Of a stretch of 64,000 nucleotides of DNA, positions 63,301 through 64,000 are shown one piece after another. Source of the stretch: Protoeuglena noctilucae (lineage: Eukaryota); the NCBI GenBank assembly GCA_958009085.1, contig OY253674.1:248001-312000 (forward strand), given 5' to 3'. Position 1 is the first letter of the stretch, and each line of letters starts with the position of its first letter. The notes under the pieces were generated by a model. The model saw only the letters and a list, made by a program, of their open reading frames with translations. It searched no databases and had not been told where the DNA came from. Made by a program: the position numbers and the translations under genes.

Positions 63301-64000
63301 CGCGGAAGAGCTCGGAGGAGAGCGGGCAGACGAGGTGCGAAGGGTCCTCAAACAGCGCATGGTGCTCCGGCGGGACCTCGGCGGGCTCATCCATGTCCGA
63401 TGTGTCAATGCTCTCTGGAGGGCTCGGGCGCCTGCGGATGCCCGCGCAAAGGGTGCTTCCGACGGGCTGGGCGGGTTGGTGCCGCAGGGAGTGGGAGGGC
63501 GTGGGAGTCCCACCTGGTCCGGTGCGATTTGGCATGCGAGGGCGGTGCACTCGGCGGCGTCCGGAAGTAGTCCATGTGCTGCTGCGTCGCCATGTCCGGG
63601 CGAGGCGTCGACAGGCCGCCAGGCTCCAACCAGTCAGCCACCCACGGAGCCTGCTGTTGCCGCCTAAAGGTTGCACCTCAGGGGCCCCGTGACCCCGTGC
63701 CGCCTTGTGCGCCGGGAACAATTTCCGTCCGCGCGCTCCCGCCCCCTGGCGCGCGAGCGGATGCGCAGCTTGGGGAGATCTGCACTGGAGATGTGTTCTG
63801 GCTCGCGCTGGCGGTGCCGAGGGTCGCTTTGACTCTGCCTGGAAGATATGGTTGTCAAGAACTCACCCAAGAACCTGTTGCGCCCAGGGCGACGGGGGCG
63901 GCCCGGTACGACGCGGCTCTTGCGAAAGGGTTTCCCCTGTTGTGTGCTCAGGACGCCCTGGAGACGGCGAGGGACAACCTGGACTCGTTCGAGGGCATCG
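60356..64000 (+). CDS. METTL5: rRNA N6-adenosine methyltransferase METTL5; partial, runs off the right edge
   Basis: MKIKQLESWLS|DLRPFDKPKVELEQYPT..VVDMGCGAGML..GIDIDP|DALETARDNL; third exon starts at 63952. Confidence 0.9.
61300..63535 (-). CDS. U-box domain protein nested in METTL5 intron 2; both ends approximate
   Basis: DPSHLVCPLSSELFREPVIGRSGRKYEREAIVRWLRQGNNGDPITRMPMTEADL followed by several in-frame GT-AG-joined exons. Confidence 0.75.

Overview
Gene-dense, very GC-rich, intron-rich eukaryotic nuclear DNA, almost certainly a green alga: it carries RAF1, chloroplast lipocalin, plant-type SPO11-2 and a plant-type CBP/p300 HAC. About 23 spliced genes can be built by hand: a coiled-coil protein, a Ly6/uPAR-like surface protein, TOP3B, AASDH-like, CSN1, RAF1, a Lon-N protein, a small plastid-type protein, HAC, CHL, U2SURP, two HSP20 copies, NTF2, SPO11-2, LCB2, a TPT-family transporter, ALG2, a Kv channel, TAF7, a hypothetical protein, ZZ-BLES03, METTL5 and a nested U-box gene. 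Most ORFs in the supplied track are GC-rich shadows or read through introns. Main observations: (1) a 1.63-kb near-perfect inverted repeat whose arms are complete heat-shock HSP20 genes, enclosing NTF2 and the meiotic gene SPO11-2 (candidate invertible cassette homogenised by gene conversion); (2) a predicted GPI-anchored 10-Cys protein ending in CCxxDLCN, resembling animal three-finger proteins; (3) very frequent GC-AG introns; (4) a U-box gene nested antisense in a 3.27-kb METTL5 intron; (5) two convergent genes sharing a CTAG stop overlap. Family calls come from recalled motifs, not database searches, and exon boundaries were read manually.
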